Shown: one piece after another, positions 26,991-38,229 of the stretch
Position numbering within the stretch: the stretch's first letter is position 1
Layout of the letters: every line of letters starts with the position of its first letter
DNA from: Octopus sinensis
Taxonomy: Eukaryota
DNA: 64,000 nt
NCBI RefSeq assembly: GCF_006345805.1
Contig: NC_043008.1
Coordinates: 45,446,001-45,510,000, forward strand
Reading direction: 5' to 3'
Program-made: the position numbers and the translations under genes
The notes under the pieces: generated by a model
What the model saw: only the letters and a program-made list of their open reading frames with translations
Database searches by the model: none
What the model was told of the DNA's origin: nothing

Positions 26991-28024
26991 AGAAAAAGAC
27001 AGCACAAATTTCAAACGGTACCAGGACAGAAATTGTGTTACAATGTTCTTATATATGTATATCTATGTGTGTGCGTATATGCATGCATCTATGCGTGTAG
27101 TTTCCCATTCGGTTACCATCTATACAATTCACAAATTTACAATATGTATAAGTGTATGTGTGCATATGTATAAAAATCAATAATATGTGTATGTGTATGC
27201 ATATGTACGTACCTATATGCCATTCAAATCAATATGTTACCCCTTAACTAACTATCTGCTTCATTATTCATTTAAACTTATGTTTACGCAGAATTGTTTA
27301 AATGTATGCACACTCTCATGCGCTTATATTTATATTTTCACGTTTATCTACACTTCTAACAACTAAACACATCTTTATGTTTTGAATTATTAAATAATAT
27401 TTGATCAAACACACTTAGAAGTATTATAAATACCTGACCATTTAATTTTGATTCCATTGGTAATTAAACTTATGTAGATTATATAATTATTATTCAATTA
27501 CCTTCATCTGTTTTGATTTGACAACCAAATTTATGCCAAGTTCCTAATAACATAAATATATAAGTATAAATATAGTTTTAAACACGTTCATACAGAAAAA
27601 TGTCTTACACAATTCTCTCCCCTCTTACATGCGACTAGCTTAAAATTAATAATGAAACATAAACCTATTATTCAGAAATAATAATTTAAATGAACTGTAG
27701 GCTAATTAAATTTCCCTAAAAACACTATCTGGTTTGAAAAAATATTTAAAATTCTATTAATCAACCGAATTTAACTGACCTAAAGGGATCTCTATCACTT
27801 TCTTTCTAGGGTTGATGAATGAGAATTTTGAATGTCCCCGTGAGTCGTCAGAATTTTGGAAAAAATCTTTTTATTTCTTCATTATTATTAGCACTTTCGT
27901 TCCTTTCTCGAACTTGTCAAATAGAATTTTGTGAATGTACAAACAGCTTGTTCATTTATATAAATATATAGATAGTCAGAGAGATAGGCATACACACACA
28001 TACACACCCACACACGCACATATT

Positions 28025-28058
<34 letters not shown>

Positions 28059-28074
28059 ATATTTATACATATAT

Positions 28075-28220
28075 ACGACGGGCATCTTTCAGTTTCCGTG
28101 TACGAAATCCACTCAATGCTTTGGTCGGCCCGAGGCTATAGTAAAAGACACTTGCCCAAGGTGCCACGCAGTGGGACTGAACCCGGAACCATGTGGTTGG
28201 CAAGCAAGCTACTTACCAAT
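28075..28220 (-). mobile_element. 5' half of the tRNA-derived SINE
   Basis: Reverse complement of TGGTAAGTAGCTTGC..GGTTCCGGGTTCAGTCCCACTGCGTGGC..GGAAACTGAAAGA; matches the 36477 copy. Confidence 0.8.
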
Positions 28221-28234
28221 ATATATATAACAGT

Positions 28235-29410
28235 GACGTCCTGTTCGTGGTCTGGTATAGTTCTTTATTCCAAAGTTAGGTACCAGTCCTTCCAATATCT
28301 TCCATATTATATATATCACTGCACACCTCTCCCGCCTTCATTCTAGGGAATAGAGTTGCAGCTTTTTCAGCCTGTCCCAGCCACTGAATCGTTCCATTGA
28401 TGCAACTTTCTTTGTGCAATGTCGTTGGACTGCTTCAAGCTCTGCTATCGTCCTTGTAGTATGAGGTGACCATAACTGAGAGTAGTAGTCCAGGCGGCTG
28501 AGGATAAATGACTTCCATAGTGTCATCATATTTCCTTGATCCCTTGTCCGGAAGGTTCTCAGAATCGAACCAGCTAGTCTTCTGGATACTGCTACCATTT
28601 TGTTGATGTGTGTGAAATGAGGCATTGTTGCTCATTTATATTCGAAGATCACGCCCCGTATTCGATTCTGCGATCGTTGCTCCACTTGGTCCAACGTACT
28701 GATATCGTGATTCCTGAACAGTGCTTAACTTGTAGCTGAGGGCCTAGAATTTACTTGCATTAAATTGCATGTTGTTATCCTCAGCCCATGTATAAGATGG
28801 CATCTAGATCTTTCTGTAAGAGCGTAGCATCAGAGGTTTCCTTGACTGTGCGACTTTTGTGTCGTCAGCATAGCTGGTAAACATGACTGCCTTTATCACT
28901 TATGGTATATCCGATAGGGCTACCATGAAAAGCAGTGGCCCCAGCACAGTGCCCTGGGGCACTCCTCTCGCTATCGGTGTCTCTGTGGAGAGAGCTCCGT
29001 TGGCTGCTACAGTTTGGCTCCTGTCTTTTAGGAAATCCTGCAGCCACTCTCCGACTTTATTTGGGATGCCGAGTCCCCATATTTTGTGACATATTCCATG
29101 GTCGACTTTGTCAAATGCCTTCGCAAAGTCCAGGTATACCACGTCAACTTTCGAGCAGTTCATTAATTGCTTCAGTACCCAGTCATAGTGTCGCAAAAGC
29201 TGTGTAAGACAGCACCTTCCCAGGCGAAAACCATGTTGGGTGTCAGAGAGCAGGTCATTGTCCTCAAGGAACTCAATCAGTCTTTTCCTGACAATGCGCT
29301 CCATGACTTTACTGACGTGGGAGGTCAGGGAGACAGGTATATAATTCCTAGCCTCTGCCCTGCTTCCTCCCTTATGGATAGGGCATATTATTCCCTCTTT
29401 TAGTTTTTTG
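28235..29410 (-). mobile_element. Family A LINE RT fragment
   Basis: KLKEGIICPIHKGGS, QHGFRLGRCCLTQLL, VYLDFAKAFDKVDHG, GVPQGTVLGPLLF, SRLDYYSQLWSPH. Confidence 0.85.
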
Positions 29411-29454
29411 GGGAGTTTATATATATATACACATACAAACATACATAAACATAG

Positions 29455-30305
29455 ATTCAAAGAAGAATTTCGTGGGAATATTGAATTCACAAGCGGTCCC
29501 CGACATCCCGCATGCATATACCAAGTGACGGGACGCCGTTTGCCGCGGAATATCCACAGACGCAAGGACAAAACGACCCCGAAGCCGCCGGTTGCCGATC
29601 AGACGCCTCTTGGAATTTCACCAGAGCCGCGTTGGCCAGGCTGCGGCCCTAATACCGCTCGGTGCCAGACCAATTTGCCTTGGGTTTCCCTACCAGGAAC
29701 CGAGGTTTCCGACGGCATAGCTCTGCATCTGCCCGTTTACACCACCTTACTGCATTGAAGAGGGGTTGGACTTTTAGGGTAGGGTTGGTCGTTCGTACTA
29801 TCCTCCTCTATGGTTGTGAAACATGGCCTATGAGTGTAGTCGATCAGCGAAGGCTGGAGGTGTTCGACAATGACTGCCTCCGCCGCATTCTTCGCTGCCG
29901 ACGCATTGATCAGTTTCCTACAGCCGGTCTTCGTCATCGCCTGAATCTCCGGCCCCTCTCTTCGGTGCTTCTACAACGGCGCTTAAGGTGGTTCGGTCAT
30001 GCGACCCGGCGTCCAGAGGGTGAGCTGATTCGCGATGTCCTCCTCCCAAATCCACTTCCCAGCTGGCGCAAACGGACGGGCGGGCAGCTGAAGACCTGGG
30101 CAACGACGATAAAGGAGGACATCTCCGAACTCTCAGGTCCGCAGGTGGTCGGTCTGCGCAGATGGAACGGCGAATGGCTCGCTATCTCCAGTGACCTCGC
30201 ACAGGACCGTCGAGCGTGGGCCGCCATGGTTCGTGATGCCGTTAGGATCAGAGAAGAAGCCGGCTCAACCCGCCCTGGGTGAACGCCGTCACAAGTACAA
30301 GTATA
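29455..30305 (+). mobile_element. RTE-clade LINE 3' fragment preceded by an apparently inverted GC-rich segment
   Basis: VRTILLYGCETW, RRLEVFDNDCLRRIL, RRLRWFGHATR, GGQLKTW, DLAQDRRAW; tail CAAGTACAAGTA. Confidence 0.8.
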
Positions 30306-30999
30306 TATAAACATATATATATATACATACACAGACACACAACATTTTTATACGCACTGGTATGAGTGGCGTGTTGAATATATACAAGCAGATAAATAAA
30401 GGGTTAATACATTCGGAAAGGAAAGAATTTTGCAATTGGGAGAAAAATGTGTAATTTCTTAAACTTTAAAGTAAGCTGAATCAAAATGAAATTAACATCA
30501 AAATTCTAAATTTAAAACCAAAATTAAACGTTATTTTACGTAAAATAAATCAGTGGGATTTTTTTTAACCTTTAAAATCTAACTAGGTTCGTTAGATCAG
30601 GCAATGTGCACAAAATAACTAAAAAAAAATGCAACAACAATAATTCCCTTTATTAAAAAGAGAAATAATAAATAAATGAATAGTTATAACAATAAGAATT
30701 TTGGACATCGTTAAAAATTCATGGCTGATGGACGTATGGTAGATTTTCTTTTCTGGGCATATTTTTAACCTACAGTTAAAAGATTCGGTAGGCAAAAGCC
30801 ATAGATAACATCCAGCATAGTTGGCGGAGCAATTCATTTCAAAGTTAGATAGTTCGTAGATAGTCGAAGATTTTCTGGAGGGTCAGTTCCTTGGTGAAAT
30901 AAAATGAATTAAAATAAGAGTTATCAGAGGTGGTGTGTAATAGTTGTGGGTAAATTTGAGCGAATTTAGTAAATCCGACGACCAATTTTTGCTATCTGT

Positions 31000-31523
31000 A
31001 TAGAATTTACTTTGAAGCGTGTCTACAGCAATTCAAGAACTCTGATCTCTGATTTAAGGCATCCCCCCACACCGGAGGTAGATGACTAATTTCTCGCTCA
31101 AGCATAGAATACACTTCATTGAACACCTACGCGCTCCGTATCTGTATGGGGCTACCTTTTCCAGAAAGCATCAATAAATTCTGAAAGAAGTTTCCTCTTC
31201 TTCTTTTAATTGCCATATATGTTTGGCCAGGCTGGTTACAGTTCAATTCTTCGGATAACGTGAAGAAATTTTCCGTAGTACCTGTGCATGATTTATATGC
31301 ACCTACATTGTCCATTTGAACTTTAGCTCTATAGTTAATTCCTTTCACTAGACAATTTCCCTGTAAGAGACTACAATTTTAGTCTTTGAAGTTGCATATA
31401 GGTTCGTTAGTTATTTCGGCACCGTTGGTTTTATTAATGGCCTTTGCGTTATGTTGGTTGATTAAAGGTTAGCTATTCTTGTTGTAAGAACTTCGCCTCT
31501 TTAATCAACCAACATAACGCAAA
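31000..31523 (-). mobile_element. Penelope-like element GIY-YIG endonuclease remnant (Naiad/Chlamys-type signature)
   Basis: Reading through frameshifts: CNFKD*NCSLLQGNCLVKGINYRAKV..GTTENF, TSLAKHIWQLKE, PYRYGARRC..CILCLSEKLVI, LNQRSEFLNCCRHASK*. A 25-bp inverted repeat (31443-31467 / 31499-31523) marks its 5' edge. Confidence 0.7.
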
Positions 31524-32020
31524 TACCACTAGTGAAGCCAACAGGTCCTTTCATATTTATTCTCTGATGTATTGAATTATATTTCAAGTTTAAAGTCCCA
31601 GATTTGAAGGTGAGCAATAGTCTGGATACTAAACTTTCAATATGCAAAGAGTAAAGCGCAAAATTAAAGCCCCGTGTACTTATATTCGTATCCTTATGAA
31701 CATAAGTAACTACCACAAAATAGTTTAGCCAATGCCCTATCGATTCTCCGTGCCTCTCCCCACAATACATTTTCATATGAAATCTTTATCCGCAACTTTT
31801 CGTGTAATTTTTTAATTGAAAACCTGCATAATGCATTTCATACATTTCTTCGCACTAAAGTATTTCATTTCATATTCACTAATAAATTTAGAAATTAATG
31901 AGGCGATGAATAATGTAAATATATTGATGAATGGCGTTTTCTCTCTGATAAGTGTTGCTCTATATTTGGTACAGTACAATTTCCATAGTAACTATTTTGA
32001 ATCATACAGTATAGCTCAAT

Positions 32021-32406
32021 TTTGGATTCCATATAGAAATGAATGCGATGCGATATATAGTGCTTACCCATATTTATCGAGCTATTTTCATTTGGTTTGG
32101 TGTCGAAAACACTTCCTCCCAGACATTTATAGCTATGAATGAATATTACTGAGTATCGTGTCGCAAATTGTATAAAATCTAATTCTTCACAAGAATCTCG
32201 ATTGTCAATCTATAACCGTTTAACCAGTAAAATAGATTTCATAAATAGCGAAACGGAAAGCATATCGAATATTTTTTTTCATGAATTTAGTTTTCTCTCT
32301 CCATTCTTTGATTCAATATTCTGCAAAAGCTGTTTTGCATTTAATCTCTGAGAGTTCAATTAATTTCATATTATCGCATCGCATTCGTTTCGATATGGAA
32401 TCCAAA
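32021..32406. mobile_element. MITE-like segment bounded by 34-bp inverted repeats
   Basis: TTTGGATTCCATATAGAAATGAATGCGATGCGAT (32021-32054) matches the reverse complement of 32373-32406 at 32 of 34 positions. No TSD identified. Confidence 0.4.
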
Positions 32407-32517
32407 TGAACAATAATATGAAGATATATATTTTTTCTCATAATTATTTCAAATATCTATATTTTATTAAAAGATATCCAAATTATAACAATAAAAGAAT
32501 TTACAACTGAAAATCTG

Positions 32518-33170
32518 TCAATCTTGAAGCACCTCAGGGTAAACAATATTCATTGTGTAATTTTTTGTTAGTGTCCAAATGAATAAATTGTTGCTGCGTC
32601 CAACTCTTGAGCAACGAACATAAAGTTGGCCATGGGAGAAGCATGTAGTAGAGGGAGGAAGTCCAACTACCTTGGAGGATTGACCTCTGAGATTTGTTAA
32701 TTGAAATACCAAAACTTAGTTTGAGTGGAAACTGAAGCATCTTAAATTCAAATGGAACATCTACTGATATGAGAGGAAATTTTGGAATGAAGACATTTTC
32801 TCCTTTGTGACAACCTGTTAAAATTGTTGCCTGCAGGACATGGGGCTCCATGGAAGTAACAATTAAGCGAGTTCCATTACACAGGTGAAATGGGTCAAGA
32901 TTCTTACACAACACAATGGGAGCATCCAGCTTTAGTGTTAAGTCATGTGGCGGCATCCCAGAAGGATTGAGTGTGTTCAGAAATTCAACAGTGTAATGAA
33001 CAGCTTTATCTTGATCGACTATTTTGTGAGTTGATGGAAAAATCAGTTTTGATGTATCTTAAATTTTGAAGACGCTCATGATTGAGTTTATCAACCATTT
33101 CCTTATTTGGAGCCAGTATAGCTCTGTCACATAGCCAGTTTACATCAGTGTAGTTGACAATCACACATAC
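32518..33170 (-). mobile_element. Helitron PIF1-family helicase C-terminal remnant
   Basis: WLCDRAILAP, MPPHDLTLKLDAPIVL..NLD..LCNGTRL, QFPLKLSFGISINKSQ, FSHGQLYV..SRVG across three frames. Confidence 0.85.
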
Positions 33171-33279
33171 ACTCTCACATACACTCACATACATATACTA
33201 AGACATTCACACACACACAGACACCGGAAGGACAGGGGGAAGTCGATTTTAATACGGACACTCCTAGAAATCGAAAACA

Positions 33280-34900
33280 AGATCAAACTCTCTCATGAAA
33301 AGGAAAGAGCAGAGGAGAGAGAGGGGGAGAGAGGGAGAGAGAGAAAGAGAATAAAAGAGAGAGAGAGAGAGAGAGAAAAGATCTATGGAAAGCTTGAAAA
33401 TAAAACCTAAAGGTTCTATAAATTTGCAAACGAAGCAACCACAGAACAATATCAAATAGGACGATTGTTTCAAAGGAATAACTCACTGACTGCAGATCCA
33501 AAAAGGGAATAAGGTACATAGTGAACAAAAGTGTCTTCACCTCTCCCTGCGACACATGCGGGTAAAAGACCCAACTGAATTCTTTAGTATTGCAAACCTA
33601 CAAAAGAAGGCAGTAACCATCGATTACAACAACATTGAGGAGACAGATGTAACAGCAGACATAGACCAAATGACCCCAAGCTCAGCAACTAATACCGATG
33701 GATTCCCAGCTATTTTCTTAAAGTCATGTAAGCAGGCTTTAGCGAAACCACTTCAGATACTTTTCCAGGGTTTACTTGTAAGTGGTAGGACTTCTTAAAA
33801 AAGCTAAACGAAGGAATTATATTTCCTATCCACAAAGGTGGAAACAGTGCAGAGGCCAAAAGCGACAGACCAATCTCTCTGACTTTACATATCAGTAATG
33901 TAATGGAACTAATTGTTACAAAGAAATCGGAACAATACACAGACTGGCTTTCGTCCAGAAAGACGCCATTTTACACATCTCTTAGAGCACTATAACTGGG
34001 TTTTGAAACAGTTTCTTGACAATTCAGATGTTAGCGTGTTATACCTTGACTTTGCAAAGGTCATTGCTAATAAACTGGGAGAGTGGTTGCATGACTTCCT
34101 TAAAGACAGAAGCCAGGTAGGTGCAGCCAATGGTGCCCTTTCTGAGGAAACTCAAATTCTATGCGGTGGCCGTCAAGGAACTGTCCTAGGGCCATTATTG
34201 TTTATAATTTCCGTCTTAGATATGCCCATGGTTACTCGGACAACCACTGTCACTAGTTACGCTGAAAATACAAAGATTTCACGGCAACAAAAAATCCAGA
34301 TGATGTCGCAATCTAACAACGGGAGCTGAATGCAATATACAAGTGGGCTGAAGGGAACAACATGCAGTTTAATGCTCTAAAATGTCAAGCAGTGCACTAC
34401 CAACTCACAAATGCGCTACAGCCTGCACATACAGGACCCGAAGCACTGCAGTCCCAGAGTAACGGGCAGTGAAAGACTTGGTGATCAGTATGTGCAATGA
34501 GGCATCATTTCATATGCACAATAGCAAGACGGTAGCTAAGTGCAGACTGCTTGCAGGATGTATACTAATGTCGTTCAAAGCGAAAGACCAAAAAGTTATG
34601 CGGACCCTGAGGGGAACCTTTGTTCTCAGCCACCTGGACTACTGCCCTCAGCTATGGTCATACACAGTTCTGTATTAACAGCAGAGCTTGAAGCAGCCTA
34701 ACGTCGCTACACTAAAATGTTCGAAACAGTGCAATGGATGAACTACGGGGAGAGGCTGGAAAAACTGCAACTTTATTCCCTGGAGTGATGCTGCGATAGA
34801 TATGGTATAATCTACACATGAAAAACTCTAGGAGTATTATTTATTTCGGTATTGAACGTTATACAAATGCCACAACTGGACACCATTATATTGTTCCAAA
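33280..34900 (+). mobile_element. Family A LINE ORF2 remnant, degraded
   Basis: DGFPAIFLKSCK, QTGFRPERR, LYLDFAK, GRQGTVLGPLLF, SHLDYCPQLWS. Confidence 0.8.
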
Positions 34901-34919
34901 TTTACACACAAACACAAAT

Positions 34920-35330
34920 ATATATCCAGGGTACGTAAGATATATGAGGACAGTTTTATACTTATAAATAAAGAAATATATAACAGATAACTTTATTTAT
35001 CAAAAAATGCTATGAGGATAAAAATAAACCTTTTCTATAATGTTATTCAATAAAGCTACCTTCAGCTTCTACAAATGCTTCTATATGAGATCTAAATCAT
35101 CTACATGCTCGATTGAAATGCTCCTGGTTCATTTTGGACATTAACTCAAATTATGGCAGCTTTCAAAGTATTTTTGGTGATATGGGCGTGTTGATTGACC
35201 TCTCTCTCAACAACCATCCACATGCAATAGTCCAATGGACTGAAATCTGGGTAATTAGGATGCCAAATATTAGGGGGTTATGTCATCATGAAAATCTTTA
35301 AACAGCACTTCCTGTGGTACTAAATGCATG
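34920..35330 (-). mobile_element. 3' remnant of a Tc1/mariner (DD37D-like) element
   Basis: Minus translation DITPNIWHPNYPDFSPLDYCMW..VEREVN..RACR*FRSHIEAFVEAEGSFIE*, homologous to the 14715-15612 copy. Confidence 0.65.
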
Positions 35331-35344
35331 TGTGATAGTGCCGA

Positions 35345-36200
35345 GTCTTACTGAAACACACATAGCCATCCATTGTATACACTGTCTATCCAGGGCTTGG
35401 AATTTTGCAGCACTGGACCGCCTGTTATTTTCTCAGCCCATCTGAACATTGCGTCCGACTCACGTTGTATATGCACAACATCTCCAGGTTCTTGGATCCT
35501 CTGAGAGACTTTGACATCGTCTACATAGCTAGCAAAGGTGGCTACTTTAGTAGCTGAGGGCATGTTAGGCAGGACCACAATGAATGGTAGCGGCCCCAGG
35601 ACAGTGTTCTATGGAACACCACTCATTATTTGTGTTTCTATGGATGTGGCTACCACTACCTGTCCACTACCTGTCTTCTGTCTTTTAGAAAGTCATTTAA
35701 ACATTCTCCAAGTTTTCCAACTATGCCAGCATTTCGCAGCTTGTAGCAAATCTTACCACGGTCAACTTTGTCAAAGGTTTTTGCAAAGTCGAGATATATC
35801 GCATCCACATTTTTGTTGTCGAGCAGCTGCTATACCCCCTAGTCGTAATGCTGCAAGGGCTGTGATAGACAGCTTCTGCCTGTTCAAAAAAACCTTGCTG
35901 GGTGTCAGTCAGCAAGCCATTCTCTTCAAAGAATGCAATTAATTTCCTTCGGAGTATTCGTTCCACGATTTTACTGACGTGCGAAGTCAGAGACATAGGT
36001 CTATAGTTTTTATCATCTGCTCTGCTTTCTTCTTTATGGATAGGCCTATTATTTCCTTCTTTAGTTTGTCCGGGGATTTATCATTTGCAAGAAAGATCTG
36101 ACAAAGTAACTGTAGTGAAATAGCAAGGACTCATTTGCATGACTTGAGAAGGATTGCTGAGAATCCATCAGTACCAGCAGATGATTTTGCATCTATATCA
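35345..36200 (-). mobile_element. Family A LINE RT fragment
   Basis: YRPMSLTSHVSKIVERI, QQGF, KAFDKVDRG, GVP*NTVLGPL, FASYVDDVKV. Confidence 0.8.
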
Positions 36201-36231
36201 TTTATTGCCAGCCTTACATCCTGTTCTTACA

Positions 36232-36330
<99 letters not shown>

Positions 36331-36476
36331 ATATCTGTCTGTCTATATATACATAATATATAAACATATCTATTTATATAAACACACACAAATATATATA
36401 CACATATATATATACATATATTATATATATATATATACATACATATATTATATATATATATATATATACATACATA

Positions 36477-36638
36477 GGCGCAGGAGTGGCTGTGTGGTAA
36501 GGAGCTTGCTAACCAGCCACATGGTTCCGGGTTCAGTCCCACTGCATGGCATCTTGGGCAAGTGTCTTCTGCTATAGCCCCGGGCCGACCAATGCCTTGT
36601 GAGTGGATTTGGTAGACGGAAACTGAAAGAAGCCTGTC

Positions 36639-36707
<69 letters not shown>

Positions 36708-36933
36708 TGTGTGTGCACATGTTTGTGTGTCTGTGTTTGTCCCTCTAGCATTGCTTGACAACCGATGCTGGTGTGTTTACGTCCCCGTCACTTAGCGGTT
36801 CGGCAAAAGAGACCGATAGAATAAGTACTGGGCTGACAAAGAATAAGTCCCGGGATGGATTTGCTCGACTAAAGGCGGTGCTCCAGCATGGCCGCAGTCA
36901 AATGACTGAAACAAGTAAAAGAGTAAAAGAGTA
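36477..36933 (+). mobile_element. Full-length tRNA-derived SINE with an internal microsatellite and LINE-A-like 3' tail
   Basis: A box TGGCTGTGTGG, B box GGTTCAGTCCC, internal (TA)n/(TG)n, and 3' end GGCGGTGCTCCAGCATGGCCGCAGTCAAATGACTGAAACAAGTAAAAGAGTAAAAGAGTA. Confidence 0.9.
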
Positions 36934-36963
36934 ATACATATATACACATATATATATATATAT

Positions 36964-37037
<74 letters not shown>

Positions 37038-37214
37038 TTATATATATATACATATATATATATACATATATTATATATATATATACATATATATACATAT
37101 ACATATATACACATACATATATACACATACATACATATATATACACATACATACATATATATATATACATCGACTACATAGCTAGCAAGGGTGGCTACTT
37201 GAGTAGCTGAGGGC

Positions 37215-38010
37215 TGCAAATGTGGAAAGGTCGGTACACTAAAACATATTCTTTCTAACTGTTCTTTAGCATTGAACAGGCATACATGGAGGCACAACTT
37301 GGTCCTTAAGGTTATCTTCAATGCTATAAAGAATCAAATTCATCTCAACAACACTGAGGAAAAATCGTTAAAAGTACCATCTAGAGATTTCGTTACCTTC
37401 GTGCGACCAGGTCAGCGGATCCGTTTCAAGAAGAAGATCAAGAAAATTCACGAGAAAAATGAAAAGTGGAACGGCTATTGGGAGGTAATTGCAGATTTAC
37501 CTGGGTGCCAGGTTTTCTTTCCCATCCCAGTTTCGAAAAAACAGATATTTTGATGTGGTGTGAAAGAAAGAAAGTTGTATATATAGTCGAGCTAACGGTT
37601 CCTCGTGAAGATAATATGGACGCAACCCGGGCTCGAAAACTGAACCGTTATGAAAACGTTATGTGAAGACGCAGGCTGGAAAGCGGAACATTTTCCTATC
37701 GAATTCGGATGTAGAAGGTTTTTTGGACACAGCGTGAGACGACTGTTGTTATCGATAGGCTTAACTCATTGTAAAGTCAATACCACCATGACTGATATCC
37801 AATCTACCGTGGAGAAGGCTAGCCACTGGATTTGGTTAAAAAGAGACGATGACCGATGGCTAGAAGTATATTGAGTTCTTCATAACCAGATGATCTAGCA
37901 AGCGGGGCCTCATATCAGTGAGAGGAGGGCGGTGCGCATTGATGCCGTCGAGAAGTAGGTCCCGAAACGGCGCGCATTCTCTCCTGATGACCCCATACAC
38001 TTGCTAGCTT
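37215..38010 (+). mobile_element. HERO-like RLE non-LTR retrotransposon 3' fragment
   Basis: [66 protein letters not shown]; structured 3' UTR. Confidence 0.75.
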
Positions 38011-38229
38011 CCGGTATACGGAGCTTTTAACTGGTAGCACTTGCACGTGCAAGTTGTTTGCAAGACATATATATAAATATATATATATACATACATACAT
38101 ACATATATATACATATGGGCATTCGTCGTGACAAGACGTACTTTTCATAGTCCTTGTTTTTAGTCCCAGAACTTTTGAATTCTACACTTCTACTAATCTA
38201 CTACTCTACTCTTTTACTACCATCGGAGG

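Noticed and set aside
36477-36550. tRNA gene
   Set aside because: This is the tRNA-derived head of a SINE, continuing into the SINE body; no complete cloverleaf.
37171-37214. 44-bp near-copy of 35518-35561 (CTACATAGCTAGCAA.GGTGGCTACTT..GTAGCTGAGGGC)
   Set aside because: It is a small family A LINE fragment, too short to distinguish a local duplication from an independent remnant.
37955-37995. Type II hammerhead in the HERO-like 3' UTR (CGAAAC..CTGATGA)
   Set aside because: The strands flanking GAAA and CTGATGA (GGTCCC / CCCCAT) cannot pair as stem II, and there is no valid stem I or III.
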